A stretch of DNA of 32,000 nucleotides from Candidatus Saccharimonadota bacterium (GCA_004563595.2 CP042461.1:960001-992000), one strand, 5' to 3'; shown: positions 20,102 through 29,950, counted from the first letter of the stretch. Notes: generated by a model from the letters alone, not told the origin. A program made the numbers and translations.

Positions 20102-21190
20102 TTATTCAGCATACAGGAATTTGTTTGCCCATTTTCTTTTGAAAAAAGGTACAACTGAAATTATTTTTAAAGCAGATAACATCAACAAACGCTGAGTAGG
20201 ACTAGATGAAGTAAGTAATTTACGCATATCTTCAGTTCCCTTAATAATATGAGTATCTTCTTCATAACGTTTTTGACTATACTCTGACAAAGGTGCTTCT
20301 CCAGCAATTCTTCGAGCGAGATCATCTGCATTTGCTATACCCAAATTCATTCATCTCCCTCCCACGGGTGAATGAGTATGTGCTGAGTCCCCTGCTAAGA
20401 ATACTCTTCCTTTAGAATATTCTTTAGCTTGGCTCAAAGAAATTTTAAATTGTCACTCTCTATGAATTTTCAAAAGTTTAAACTTTAATGGAAGAGCTGA
20501 TAAGGTCTCTTTCGTATTAGAAACCACTCTAAATCGTGTTGCCCCTAGAGGTAATATACCTGCTATTTTTCCCTTTTTTAATAAACATATAGTAGTTGAG
20601 GTTATATGCGACCAGCCTTCGACTTCTACGTCAGCTATCGACCATACACCAGGTAATTTCACACTATCTAATTCAATACCCACACAGCTACGCACTTTAC
20701 TTGAAACCCCATCCGCACCAATTAAGTAATCAGAGTGAAATTCTTCCCCGTTTGTGGCTTTTGCAATTACTCAATCTTCAGTTTGGCTAATTTCAGATAA
20801 TTCAGTATCAAAATGAATAACCCCACCCAGACGAATGAATGTCTCTCGAAGAATGGCTTCAGTGTCATTTTGAGGTAAACCAAGCATTATATTAAAACCA
20901 TATTTCATATTAGCTATAGTAAATGGTAACTTTACCCAAGATTTATCCCCATTATATAAAGTCAATGAATCATATTTAATTCATTTTTCTAAAAGTTTCT
21001 CTGTGACGCCTGATGGTTTTAATATATCTAAACTTCGAGGATTTATACCAATTGCACGTGATAACTTAGATCCACCATCTAATTGATCTATAATTTTTGT
21101 TTGAATACCACGTCTTGCGAGTTCGACCCCAGCAGTAAGGCCAGTAGGTCAAGCACCAACAATAACAACTGTTGTATTTTTTTTATTCAT
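20102..21190 (-). CDS. FAD-dependent aromatic-ring monooxygenase (PHBH/UbiH-like), 362 aa
   Basis: ATG 21190-21188, TAA 20104-20102. VVIVGAGPTGLTAGVELARRG (GxGxxG dinucleotide fold), YLIGADGVSSKVR (DG motif), and [32 protein letters not shown] (GD motif). It joins four standard-code track ORFs through 5 TGA codons. Confidence 0.85.
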
Positions 21191-21191
21191 A

Positions 21192-21220
21192 ACTAATTAT
21201 CATTACTAATGACAATTAGT
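21192..21220. promoter_or_regulatory. Near-perfect palindrome immediately upstream of the monooxygenase start (operator-like)
   Basis: ACTAATTATCATTA-c-TAATGACAATTAGT has 14-bp arms with one mismatch. It starts 2 nt from the ATG. Confidence 0.45.
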
Positions 21221-21296
21221 ATAGTCCTTTTTTAATTATAATCAATAAAAGAACTCTCGCTTATAGAAACAATGAACAGTTCTTTCCTAATAACTA

Positions 21297-21328
21297 AAAA
21301 AGCTCCTCAATAAAAGAAGAGCTTTTTA
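21297..21328. terminator. Hairpin terminator after the SSF transporter gene
   Basis: AAAAGCTCCTC-aataaaa-GAAGAGCTTTT has one mismatch in the stem and lies 17 nt downstream of the stop at 21345-21347. Confidence 0.55.
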
Positions 21329-21344
21329 TTGATAAAAATTTATT

Positions 21345-22691
21345 TTATCCCTTTTTTATTTTTGATACAAGTGGGAAAACAAATAATCATACAAAACTAA
21401 AAACTAATGGAAAGAAAAAGATAACAGGAGTTAATCAAAAAGATAATATTCCTACTATCAACCCAATAAGTCAAAATAAGAGGGATAATAAAAATACTTC
21501 TGATTTTTTTTCTGATTTATGAAAGTTTTTTCACCAAAATAGGTACAGCATCGGAATAGATATAATAAGAGAAAACCCTGCCATAAAAATAGTAATCCCT
21601 ATAACATCTCTAAAGAAGTATGCAATCAATAGTACAATAAGGACTATCAACACTGTATTTATTCTAATATTTTTTACTTTGTCTTTTATCTTAAAAAGAT
21701 TCGTATGAGAAGCTATTCAATATACATAAGAATCAATAGACGACATAATAGCTGCAAAAAACATCACAATAGCAAATGGTACTAATACTTCAGGGAGATA
21801 TAATTCAATAGCTTTCAAAAATACTAGTGAAGGATTCAAGTCAACTACCTCATTTCTGACAAAGTATCAAATCATTAATAATGCAATTACTGAGATGAGC
21901 ATCAATGGCATAACAAATAAAAATCATTTTTTAATATTTTTTTCATTTTTTCAGCTGAATAATATTTGGTACCTATCTATAAAAGAAAAAACTCAGAATA
22001 TTCAATATACTAAAAATCAAAGCATTGTTCAAATACCTAATTTTTCAAATTCAACATTTGATAATACTGTGAGATCACTTTTATCAAATAAGTAATAACT
22101 AATAACCATCAATATAAGAAATATTATGCACGACTGTAATATATCCGTAGTTATTACTCATTTAAACCCTATAAATGAGACATACACTGTTACAATTGTT
22201 AATATCAGTACTAATGAAAATTCATATGATAAAACATCAAAATAAGCAATTATATTTGCTCATCAAACTATTGTGAGTAATAAAAACATAAATGTGATCA
22301 AGCTCGAAACAATATTGGCTGTATTTTTGGAAAATTTACTTTTCGTTTTAAAAAATACTATATCTCATATACTAATAAAATTTTCTTTTTTTGATATACT
22401 ATGAAGCTTTGGTCCCATATAATAACCAAGAATAAACATAGAGATAACAAATCAAAATACCAATGAAAAAACTCAAAATCAAAATTTGTATATATAAGCT
22501 GTATAGGTTATGAAAAATGCAGCTCAAACGCTTGATGCATATTTACTCAATCATATAGAAAACCAATTTCTTGCCCTTGAGGACATTAAGAAGTCTTCTT
22601 CACTTTGGTTTTTCGATATAAAAATTGAATAAATAATAATAGCCGTAAAGTAGATACATAAGTAAATTGCTATTTGTGTAACGAGGTCCAT
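21345..22691 (-). CDS. Sodium:solute symporter family (SSF)-like transporter, 448 aa
   Basis: ATG 22691-22689, TAA 21347-21345; 1347 nt in frame, with about 12 hydrophobic segments. The N-terminal block FLMSSRARNWFSIGLSKYASSVGAAFFITYTAYIYKFGFG resembles the SSF signature (F..G.R....W..G.S..A...SA..F.G..G..Y..G). Confidence 0.6.
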
Positions 22692-22755
22692 TTTTTATTT
22701 TTAGAAAATAACAGCACAATTATAAAAAATAATCATAAAATTTCAATGATGAATC

Positions 22756-22785
22756 AAAAAAACCACTGTTAACAGTGGTTTTTTT
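22756..22785. terminator. Intrinsic terminator after the TetR gene
   Basis: AAAAAAACCACTG-TTAA-CAGTGGTTTTTTT lies immediately downstream of the TetR stop (22788-22790) on the minus strand. Confidence 0.75.
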
Positions 22786-22787
22786 GA

Positions 22788-23363
22788 TTAGGAGCCAAGC
22801 ATATCTCATAATATTTTTACAAATACATCAAAATTTTTATCATTTTTCTCTTTATTCTTAAATACTTTCGAAGATAAGATAAGTCATTCAAGTGAGCAGA
22901 TTATATAGTTTGCAATCTCCTCAGGAGTATTTTTGGTTTTCCCTGGTATTTTCTTTATGGAATCAATTAATACCTCTTCCCAATCGCTAAAAATCATAAT
23001 TAATTTTTCTCTGTACAGCTCATCATTATCAGCTAACTCTAAAGTCATATTTCACAATAGACATCCTCATTTGAATTTATTTGACCCAATTCATTTTGAT
23101 ATACCTCTATAAAATGAAATGATATGTTCTTTTTTAAGGCTTTCAGCTTTGAGCGTTTTATCAAGAAGTTTTTTTATTTGAGAGTCATAATAATTATCAA
23201 TTATAAATCCAAATAATTCTTGTTTATCTTTGAAATGATAAAAGAAAACTCATTTAGAAACTCCGATTGTTTCTACAATACTATTAATAGACGTATTTTT
23301 ATATCAATTGAGAAAAAATAGCTTTGTAGCTTCATCTATTATCTTTTCTTTCGCAGAAGCCAT
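22788..23363 (-). CDS. TetR/AcrR-family transcriptional regulator (191 aa)
   Basis: ATG 23363-23361, TAA 22790-22788. MASAKEKIIDEATKLFFLNGYKNTSINSIVETIGVSKGVFFYHFKDKQELF is the canonical TetR N-terminal HTH (I...A..LF...G...TS...I....GVSKG..Y.HF..K..L). Confidence 0.85.
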
Positions 23364-23436
23364 ATTATTCTCTTAAATCTTAAAATTTTATGTATTTTAT
23401 ATTATCCCATTTCCTTATAAATTCAACTCAAATGTA

Positions 23437-24402
23437 TTATTTCACTTTTCTTTGTAAGAAGTCTTGGATACGTTCAGATATTTCAGCTCATCTTTCTTCG
23501 AGTGCAAAATGTCCTGTATCAAGTAAATGAAGTTCTAAATCTTTCAGGTCTCTTTTATATGGATGTGCTCATTCAGATGGGAATATTTCATCTTTATCAC
23601 CCCATACTATGAGTGTTGCAGGTTGGTGATTTCTAAAATATTCTTGCCACGCTGGGTAGAGAGATGGATTTGATCCATAATCATGAAACATTTTCAATTG
23701 TATTTCTTGATTTCATTTTCTATCAAGTAACATTTGATCTGTATTCCAGGTATCTGGACTGATCTTACTCACATCTTTCACTCAGTTTGTATATTGCCAT
23801 TTTGTTGCTCCTTGCGTAAGAAGAAATTTTAGTGCATCTTCGTTAGCCATATTTGGACTGTTATATGCATTTTTTACATTTATCCACCAAGCATTATCAA
23901 GTCCTTTATTCACAGCACTTGTATCCTTCCAATACTCTTTTATTGGTTCCCAAAAGTTATTATCAAGTCCTTCATCATAAGCATTCCCATTTTGTATGAT
24001 AAGAGATTCTATTTTTTCTGGTGCGTTTGAAGCAACTCTAAACCCTACAGGTGCCCCATAATCCATCACATAGAGAGAATACTTTTTGATTTCTAGTTTT
24101 GCAATAAGTTTTTCTACTATTGCTGCCATATTATCAAATGTATAATCAAATTCGTCCACAGATGGCATAGAAGAATTCCCATACCCAGGATAATCTGGAG
24201 CGATCACATGGTAATTTTTTGCTAAGTCTGGAATGAGATTCCTAAACATATGAGAAGATGTTGGAAAACCATGTAATAATAATACTGTTGGCTTTGTCTT
24301 ATCCCCTGCTTCACGGTAAAAAATATCTAATTCATCTATTACCTGAGTATGATACGAAACTTCTGATTGAACATTGTAGTTCCCTTGGTTATTATTTTTC
24401 AT
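23437..24402 (-). CDS. Alpha/beta-fold hydrolase (epoxide hydrolase / haloalkane dehalogenase-like), 321 aa
   Basis: ATG 24402-24400, TAA 23439-23437. ...[53 protein letters not shown]...[14 protein letters not shown] (HGFP oxyanion block and a nucleophile elbow with Asp)...[12 protein letters not shown]...[11 protein letters not shown] (catalytic His). The first 206 codons form one uninterrupted standard-code ORF in the track. Confidence 0.85.
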
Positions 24403-24413
24403 AATATTTTTAT

Positions 24414-24469
24414 TAATTAATAGTATATATTTATACCGACTGGTCAGTATAAATATATACTATTAATTA
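24414..24469. promoter_or_regulatory. 56-bp near-perfect palindrome upstream of the hydrolase-tetR operon (probable TetR operator overlapping the promoter)
   Basis: TAATTAATAGTATATATTTATAC (24414-24436), a 10-nt centre cgactggtca, then GTATAAATATATACTATTAATTA (24447-24469). The 23-bp arms are perfect, and the centre continues the symmetry with one mismatch (TACcGAC/GTCaGTA). It ends 12 nt from the hydrolase ATG. Confidence 0.65.
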
Positions 24470-24521
24470 TAGTGATTATGTCAAAAGTTTTTTTATATAT
24501 AAGACTTAATGCCGGCAAAAA

Positions 24522-24548
24522 AGCATTACTATAGCTAACAGTAATGCT
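24522..24548 (-). terminator. Hairpin terminator after the aldose epimerase gene
   Basis: AGCATTACT (24522-24530) pairs with AGTAATGCT (24540-24548). An A-run on the plus strand gives a U-run on the minus-strand transcript. Confidence 0.6.
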
Positions 24549-24592
24549 ATAAAAATATATTTATAATAGTTGGGTCTGATAAGAGATAAATT

Positions 24593-25489
24593 TTATTCTT
24601 CAAAATTATTTAAACGGATATTCATGAAATTTAAATTCTTTTCTCCTGATTTTAGCATTATTGGATTATCAGCAAGTCATCAAACATCATTCATTACTGG
24701 TTCAATACATACAAAATCTTTTCCTGGCAATGACCAAACCCAAAATTTCTTATATTCTAGAGATACTTCTAAAATTAACTCCCCTAATCCAGGAATCAGT
24801 ATAGTGAGTGGATATCATGGATTATTAAAAGAAACAGTTCAATCATTCGCCCAAATATCTACTTGTGAAGATATAATATCTCATCATTCAAATTTCCATT
24901 CAATTTTGTCTTTTTTTCCTTCTGGAACCCTAAAATATGGATGAAGTCATGTAGAAAGAGGAATATCTTTCTCTCCATTATTAGAGATTTCATGATTTAT
25001 TTTTACTGATCATTGTCCTGATTTAATACTATTTCTTACTTCTCAAATATATGGAAACCTCTCATCATCTTTGAAGCGAAACATTTGGATAAATTCTTTA
25101 GATCAACTTCAATTTAGTTTTTCCCAAGCACTTATTCTTCAAATTCAATGCTGAGGGAGCGTACATCATAACTTGTTTATTTGTGCATCATTCAATGGTC
25201 ATGCGTTAGGAAACATATATGGTATTCCTCATTTAACGCTTTTTGAGAAATCAAATAATGTATCACTATACATGTCTTGGTACAAAAGCTCTATTCCATC
25301 AATTTTTATAGACAATATATGACCTCCCCTTTCTGGAAAAACAGTAATACTTGTATTTCAACATTCCAGAGTTTCTCATGCATCTAGCATAATCTCGTCA
25401 ATTTTTCCCTTAATAGTTCATCCCTCCTCCACTTTTGTCGGATCCACATTCTCTTTTGCTTCTTCCACTGTATTATGTATATTATTCAT
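24593..25489 (-). CDS. Aldose 1-epimerase family protein (galactose mutarotase-like fold), 298 aa
   Basis: ATG 25489-25487, TAA 24595-24593. ...ITVFPERGGHILSIKIDGIELLYQD...KGGIPYMFPNAGPL...LPQHGIGRISAWE...STGLHPYFRV...FVCIEPV carries the GIP.LFP, HG..R...W and HPYF blocks of this family. The antisense track ORF 24570..24944 is spurious. Confidence 0.75.
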
Positions 25490-25660
25490 GATGATAAAGG
25501 TGTTAATTATATAGCTTATTATATTCAGCTTATTTAAAGGTCAAGCGTATTTTATTGTAATAACTAACATATCTTAAGGTTATTTTAATCTTAGTTATTA
25601 GTGTTATATTTTAAGCTTAGGCTCACTTTAATCCTTTTCGATATTAATAAAAAAACAACC

Positions 25661-26323
25661 ATGAAAAAACTACTTCTTATTTTTCTTATTGTAATGTCAA
25701 TCAGTGCATGTTCTGTCCTGAAAGACGATGAGGAAACTAAAACAAACCTAGCAGCACCATCAGAAAAAATTATACTTGCAATATGAGATAGTATAACCGC
25801 ATGATATAACCTGAAACTAGAAGACTCATATCCAAAACAATTAGAAAAAAAACTAGCTGAAAATAACTATAATTATAAGGTAATAAATGCGTGAGTCAGT
25901 TGAGATACATCAGAAAATCTATTAGAGAGAATCGACCTCTATTTATCGGAAGATGATCTCCCTGAAATTGCTCTTATAGTTATATGATGAAATGACTGAC
26001 TGAGATGAATGTCACTCGATGAACTGGAATGAAATATAAAAGAAATTGTAACAAAGCTCAAAAAAAAGAATATAAAAGTTGTAATAGGATGAATGAAAAT
26101 ACCTGCGAACTTATGATTCAATTATTCTCGTAATTTTTCAAAATTATTTAAAAAAATTGCAAAAGATGAGTGAGTTTTTCTTATTGATTTTTTCTTAGAA
26201 TGAGTCGCATCAATACGAGAATTAAATCTCTCAGATAGAATTCATCCAAATGAGAAATGATATAAAATAATTTCAGATAATGTATATGAATACTTAATTG
26301 ATAATGATATTATAAATGATTAA
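25661..26323 (+). CDS. tesA: SGNH/GDSL hydrolase, TesA-like arylesterase/lysophospholipase, predicted lipoprotein (220 aa)
   Basis: ATG 25661, TAA 26321-26323. The lipobox is MKKLLLIFLIVMSISAC. Block I ILAIGDSITAGY, block II NAGVSGDTS, block III IGGNDGLRG, block V DRIHPNEKGY (Asp-x-x-His). Confidence 0.85.
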
Positions 26324-26978
26324 AATTGAAAATTTAAATAAATACTTTTTGACTCCTGACAATAGTAAAAATTCAATATACAAGGATCTTAATCTTGAAA
26401 TTCAAGAGTGAGATATTATATCAATTCTGTGAAAAAGTTGAACATGAAAAACAACTCTTTTAAATATGTTTTCTGGTTTAGAAGATTTTCAATCTTGAAA
26501 ATTAACAATAAACAACACTCCAATTGAAAACCTTACAAATAATGAAAAAACTCACTTCAGAGCTCAGAATATATCTTTCATATTTCAAAATTTCAACCTA
26601 ATTGATAACCTTACTGTGAGTGAAAATATTGATCTCATAGTAGAACTCAATAAATGAGAAAGACGATTCTCAACAATCGAAATATTAAAAAAAGTATGAC
26701 TCGAGGATAAAAAAGACTCCTACCCGTTTAATCTCAGCTGATGAGAACAACAGAGAATTGCTGTAGCAAGAGCATTTATTGCAAAGACTCCTATTCTTCT
26801 CGCTGATGAACCAACATGAAATCTCGATAAAAATAATAGTGATAATATTATAAAAATAATTTTAGACCTCCATAGAGAAAGTAAAAATACTATTATCTTA
26901 ATAACTCATGATTTAGAAATAGCACAAATTGCTGATAAAATATATAGTGTCGAAAATTATTCATTAAAAAAACAATAA
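26316..26978 (+). CDS. ybbA: ABC transporter ATP-binding protein (YbbA/LolD/MacB-type), 220 aa
   Basis: ATG 26316 overlaps the tesA stop (ATGATTAA); TAA 26976-26978. Walker A GKSGTGKTT, Q-loop FIFQNFNL, signature LSGGEQQRIAVARAF, Walker B ILLADEPTGNLD, H-loop ITHD. Several of these Gly residues are TGA. Confidence 0.9.
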
Positions 26979-29395
26979 TGTATCTCAAATTATTAAAAGC
27001 TTTTGTATTAAAAAGAACCTCTTTATTTCTACTCATCATATTTTCAATTAGTATATCACTTGCGTGATATATCGTGAATAATAACCTAATTGGAAATATA
27101 CAACAGTTAATATGAGAAGAGTCAAAACCAGTACTCGGAGGAGATATTGTGATAGATTTTCATGAAAACATCAACAAAGAAGCAAATCAATTTCTTGAAT
27201 GACTTTCAACCAACTGAGAGATCATATTGTCAAATAAGACAAGTACTCTTACCAGTATCGAGGATAATATATGAAAAATCTGACTCCTATCACTCACTTT
27301 TGTAGATAATCATTTTCCTCTGTATTGAAACTTTGAATATGATGAAATAAATAATCAATGAAATACTTATATTAGTGAGGACATCCAAAATAAATACGTA
27401 AAGAATTGAAAAATAGAGCTCTATGGCAAAGAATTTGTAATAAAATGAATTATTACAGATGCCCCCTGAGCGAGTTTAGACTTTTTTACGAGAGGAAATA
27501 AGGTTTATATTGAAAATTATAATCTACAAGACCTTTGACTTGATTTAGATTCAAGCCTCTTTGAAAACCAGAGCTCCATCAAAATCCTTGATGAAAATAA
27601 CTTTGAGACAATCCTTTCAAGTATAAAAACAAACCCTTTATTTTCTGAATATAGAATAACTGACTATAAAAAATGATGAAATAACTTCGAACAATTATTT
27701 TGAGAACTCGGAACATTTATTAGTTATATAGTCATTATTTCCTTTATTCTTACAATTCTTATTACCTTTATATCTGTTGAATCATTTTTTCTAGAAAATA
27801 AAAAGAATTTCTCAGTTTTAAAAATTATATGACTTAAGAATAGAGAGCTTATCAGCTTAAACTTTTTATTATTCTCTGTTATCCTCATAATGAGTATTTT
27901 CATCTCATATTGAATTTCAGAGTCAGCATTTTATTTTATAAGGCAATTTGAGCTTTCCAAAAACTTTGTTATATCAGGTCAATCTGTCCTAAAAGCATGA
28001 ATTTTATGATCAATTATTCTCCTTGTATCTATATTACTCCCTATTATTAAGTTTATTCTTCATTCACCTTTGCAATGACTTAAAAGTAATTTTTTACAAG
28101 TATACCACAGATATGAAATTCTTTTAGAATGATGATTCATAACCCTGTGAATCACATTGATATCATATATAACATTCTGAAATATAATAAAAGCTCTTTT
28201 ATATTCTCTATGAATTATTCTGTTCATTGTTCTTTTCTACTTCCTCATAAGATTTATTCTTAAAGGGATATATAAAAAATCTACTTTCATAAAAAGTAGA
28301 AATTTTTGCCTGTATGATGCTATTAGAAATACTATAAAACCATGAAACCTAAGTATACTGATTGTTTTTTCATTCTTTATAACCTTTACGAGTTTTTTAT
28401 TTATTAGCATTGTTTCACTCAATTTTTTCGATAGATTAAATATAGATTTAAAAAATGACAATAATATATTTGCTATAAATATAACGACAAAGGACTTAAA
28501 AAATATAGATGAAACATATAAAAAAGAATTATACTCCATCTTAAAATGAAGAATTTTAGATATAAATGGGGTAAATATATCAGATCATGTACAAAAGGAT
28601 TGATGAGAATCTGGGAGATGATGAGAGAGAAGATTTACAAGAGAATTCAACATGACAGATAACTCTCTTGAAAAACTAGATATATTACAGTGAGATAAGC
28701 TATTATCTGGTCAAGTATCAGTTGATGAAGATTTTTCAAAAGACTTATGAATATCAATTTGAGATACAATAAACTTTCTCATTCTCTGACTCGAAAAAGA
28801 GTTAACAGTTGCAAATATAAGAGAGAGTCAAAATAACTCTATAGCTCCATTTTTCTACTTCCAATTGTATAAGAAAGACTTTGAGGCTTATCCAAAGACA
28901 TATTTCCTTTCTACTTATATTGAACAGAATAAAATAAACCAGTTTAAAAAAGATCTCTTAAAAGGTGGCTGAAATAATATCTATTTCATAGAAGTCGATA
29001 AAATTCTTGCTGAACTAAGGTCTATCTCTTCAAAAATCTTTTTAGTAATTCAAATTTTATTTATTTATATACTCACTTTTTGTGTTATCAGTATTCTTAT
29101 CTCGATTAACTTCTTTAAACTTTTTAATACAAAAAAGATGAAGTTGTATCATATACTCTGATCGAGTAAAGACTATATATACAAAAATAACTTTTATGAA
29201 TATACCTATCTCCAGACAATCTGATTTTTACTTTCTATAATTTTTGCTTCACTCTGATCATATTATGTTATCAACTTATCAGGTTTCATTGAGTTTGATA
29301 TTGTAAATTTTTTCTATAGTCTGAGTGGGATTTCTGTGTTATTTATTGTAATTATGCTATTTTTAGCATGAGTATATAAAAGAAGTGCTGATTAA
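26978..29395 (+). CDS. ybbP: ABC transporter permease with duplicated FtsX-like domains (YbbP-like), 805 aa
   Basis: ATG 26978 overlaps the ybbA stop (TAATG); TAA 29393-29395; 2415 nt in frame. It contains two 4-TM FtsX-type modules (around 27.7-28.3 kb and 29.0-29.4 kb), each preceded by a large soluble domain. The antisense track ORF 28237..28539 is spurious. Confidence 0.8.
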
Positions 29396-29560
29396 ATCAT
29401 TCAATAATTACTTCTTATAAATTATAATTTTTGACAAAACTATAATAAGTTCTATAATCCTGTGTCTAATAGTGAATATATCTGTTTTTTCATATAGAAG
29501 TGGCAGTGAATGATTATTAGTATATATCACTTTTTCAGAAAATTTTAAAAGGAGTTTAAG

Positions 29561-29866
29561 ATGAAACAAAATGATATAAAAGAGCTTCTCCATGAAGCTG
29601 CAAGTAGTGATTGTACAAGTAAACGTCGCGGAGAGATTTTAGCTGATCTTGTTAATGCGTCAAGCTGGGCAAATGATAATGCTACTGTAATAAGAGACGG
29701 TAGACTAACTGGTATGAAAGTATTACTTGAAGAATCTTACAAGAAGATTATTAATACAAACCCGGCATCTTTGCCTAACTTACTTGTGCCCTACACTATG
29801 ATATGTGGAGATAAACCCAAAGATGGTAAAATCACATCTGAAGTTGACTTTGCGCTCATATGATAG
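29561..29866 (+). CDS. Hypothetical protein with foreign sequence signature (100 aa to the TGA, 101 aa to the TAG)
   Basis: ATG 29561 is preceded by AAGGAG 8 nt upstream, and this is the only clear Shine-Dalgarno sequence I saw in the window. MKQNDIKELLHEAASSDCTSKRRGEILADLVNASSWANDNATVIRDGRLTGMK... There is no internal TGA, and all 5 Gly codons are GGN. It ends ...ATA TGA TAG. It is visibly more GC-rich than its neighbours. No family recognised. Confidence 0.5.
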
Positions 29867-29950
29867 TATTTAAAAAAGGAAGATCAAAAAAAGGATATTA
29901 ACTGTAATTGTTAATATTCCTTTTTTAATTTCCTTTTTTAAATACTATCA
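29861..29950. repeat. Nested inverted repeat / long hairpin covering both convergent 3' ends
   Basis: The outer perfect 21-bp arms are TGATAGTATTTAAAAAAGGAA (29861-29881) and TTCCTTTTTTAAATACTATCA (29930-29950). The inner imperfect hairpin is GGATATTAAC/GTTAATATTCC (29893-29920). The arms contain the TGA-TAG end of ORF 29561 and the ...DSI-TAA end of the dehalogenase remnant. Confidence 0.8.

Noticed and set aside
24570-24944. Plus-strand 124-aa track ORF.
   Set aside because: It is antisense to the aldose-1-epimerase frame, which carries the family motifs. The product is low-complexity and has a non-ATG start.
28237-29593. Minus-strand track ORFs 28237..28539 and 29408..29593.
   Set aside because: The first is antisense to the ybbP-like permease frame. 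The second spans the AT-rich intergenic region and the 5' end of ORF 29561, has no motif support, and is low-complexity.
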